64,000 nucleotides of DNA from Macrostomum lignano. Its lineage: Eukaryota. The DNA is taken from contig NIVC01000417.1 in assembly GCA_002269645.1 (NCBI GenBank), forward strand, positions 1-64,000. The letters are read 5' to 3'. This document shows, piece after piece, positions 62,185-64,000 of this stretch; within the stretch, counting starts at the first letter, position 1, and the number at the start of each line of letters is the position of its first letter. The position numbers were made by a program, and so were the translations under genes. The notes beneath the pieces are model-generated. The model was given only the letters and a program-made list of their open reading frames with translations, was not told the origin of the DNA and ran no database searches.

Positions 62185-63172
62185 CTATCGGAAGGCCGGC
62201 CTTGCGTCATAGCCGTCACCATCGTCATCGTCGGGATCGTCCTGGTCGTCCTCGGGGATCGGGGCCAGGGTCGCGGGTCCTGGACCGTCGGGAACGTCGG
62301 GCGGTCGCCGGCGCTTTTTTAGCTTATCGACTTCGGGGTCCGAAGTTCTCGTGTAGTCGGCGTCAGGCACGAGCAGAAGGTTCCGGCGATGGACGACTAG
62401 CTTGTCTCGTCTTGCTCTTGGGTTGGGCAGTCTCCGTCGGATCTTGTAGACGACCTCGCCTTTGGGCTCGACGACTTCGTAAAGTGCTTTGCGAGGTCGA
62501 AGAAACTTCGCTGCCTCGTCCGGTTCGAGCACCGGGTTGTTGATGAAGACCAGATCACCGGGTTGAAGCTTCTTGGCGGCGGGTAGGTTTGAGTAGTGCT
62601 CGTCTCGCAGTTGCTGATGCAGATGCAGGCGCTCCTTGGCCAGCTCAGTCGCCTCGTCCAGGCGACGCTGGAAGTCCTTGACGTAGTCGGGCAGGTCAGC
62701 ATACTCGGGCAGCTTCTTTAACGCGTTGTGGATCGGGAGACGGAAGTCGCGGCCAAACACCAGGTAGTGCGGCGTGAAATCTGTCACCGGGTGGACACGA
62801 GCGGAGAGCCATCATACAGGCCGGGAGAAAGGTGTCCCAGTCGTTGTGGTTGCGCTCGAGTAGACAGGTGAGGACGCTCTTCAGCTGCTTGTTGAAGTTC
62901 TCGACTTGTCCATTGGAAGCTGGGCTGTACGGTGTCTTGGTCGTATGCCGAATGCCAAACAGGTCGCAGAACTTCTTGAAGGCTGATCCGGTGAAGTTTG
63001 TGCCTTGATCGGTGTGTACCAGCAGGATACACCTGGCTTTCTGGCTTTCTGGTTTCTCATCGGGTAGGCGAATGGATACTTCGACGTCGTGTCGCACAAG
63101 GTCAGGATGTAGCGGTTGCCGCTCTTGCTCTTCAGTGCGATTGGTCCTACTAAATCACAGTCGATTCTACCT
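62185..63172 (-). pseudogene. Ty3/Gypsy integrase remnant (D,D35E core + GPY/F-type tail), frameshifted and 5'-truncated
   Basis: IDCDLVGP..GNRYILTLCDTTSKY / HTDQGTNF..TPYSPASNGQVENFN / TDFTPHYLVFGRDFRLP lie in three frames (shifts at ~63040 and ~62790); no RT or gag upstream. Confidence 0.9.
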
Positions 63173-63309
63173 AGAACCACAGATACTATAACCCTAGATA
63201 CGAGTAGTTCACTCTTGTTTAGATTTTTGCAACTACTCTTTGGTTAGTAGCGTGAACTACTTAGTCGCTGGGAAAAGTATGTAGCCCAAAGAGTATTGAG
63301 GTCGCCTAG

Positions 63310-64000
63310 TATAGAGTGCCAATAAGGATGAAAATCTGAAGCCGATTTTTAGAATCCACCCACCCCCTCCGGTCACCAAGCTTTTTAGTCTATGGCACAA
63401 GTTGTGGCTAGAATGGTGTACAAAGCCGATGCTCAGAAATATAAGACATTTCACACTTAGAAAATGCATGCATCAAATAAGCAAGACAACATCGCTCAGT
63501 CACCAGACTCAGTTGCCGTCGTCGATACACAACTCCGTAACAGCCATGCCATATAGTCCTTACGTCTGAACAACAACAGCCATGCCACTAAAGTGCGCGG
63601 TGGCTGGTTGCAATAACTGCGTTTCTGATGCATCTGTATCCTTCTTTCGTCTGCCTTTCAAGGACCTTCACTCTGCCTGTTTATCACTTATGTTTTTGTC
63701 TTTCCGACTCTGCTGCAAGAATCCTGCTCAACTTCTTTTCTCCTTACACAATGCAATCAATGTACGTACGGTTACAGTATAGATACAGAAATAAAGTCTT
63801 GAGGACGTTTTAAGCATACATGGTATTCGTCCAGCTACATTAGCTACTTGTATTTTTCTCATGCACTCTATGTATATTTTTGAGCATCGGCTTTGTACAC
63901 CATTCTAGCCACAACTTGTGCCATAGACTAAAAAGCTTGGTGACCGGAGGGGGTGGGTGGATTCTAAAAATCGGCTTCAAATTTTCATCCTTATTGGCAC
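63310..64000 (+). mobile_element. Internally deleted TIR element carrying a THAP-domain start; right TIR runs off the window
   Basis: 63316-~63440 is the reverse complement of ~63875-64000 almost perfectly. The ORF at 63582, MPLKCAVAGCNNCVSDASVSFFRLP, is the THAP N-terminal signature. Confidence 0.75.

Overview
Eukaryotic (animal) genomic DNA with GC-rich exons, AT-rich introns full of minisatellites, and many transposons. A TAL-type gene and TTAGGG repeats point to a flatworm; Macrostomum-like is my inference, not proven. I assembled the genes by hand from GT/GC-AG sites, checking splice phase at each junction. Genes: (1) a 16-exon, ~1,700-aa mosaic extracellular protein on the minus strand (WxxW, EGF, vWD-C8-TIL, 3 C-type lectins, 3 Caspr-type fibrinogen-like modules) that probably runs off the left edge; (2) a 4-exon EF-hand + dynein-light-chain (TAL-like) gene; (3) a small spliced basic orphan gene; (4) an intronless ankyrin gene built from 72-aa double repeats; (5) an 8-exon class I bHLH E-protein (daughterless/TCF3/4/12); (6) a 5'-incomplete PAN + C-type lectin ORF. 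Mobile DNA: a broken Tc1, several TIR MITEs, two CORE-like SINEs, a truncated Gypsy element with one LTR, a THAP-bearing TIR element, and a near-intact 9-exon Helitron Rep/helicase. The Helitron sits in a ~16-kb head-to-tail array of its own non-autonomous derivatives, which carry telomeric TTAGGG seeds; this is the most striking structure here. Three single-base indels in otherwise clean genes look like long-read consensus errors. No prokaryotic, CRISPR, rRNA or true tRNA genes are supported.
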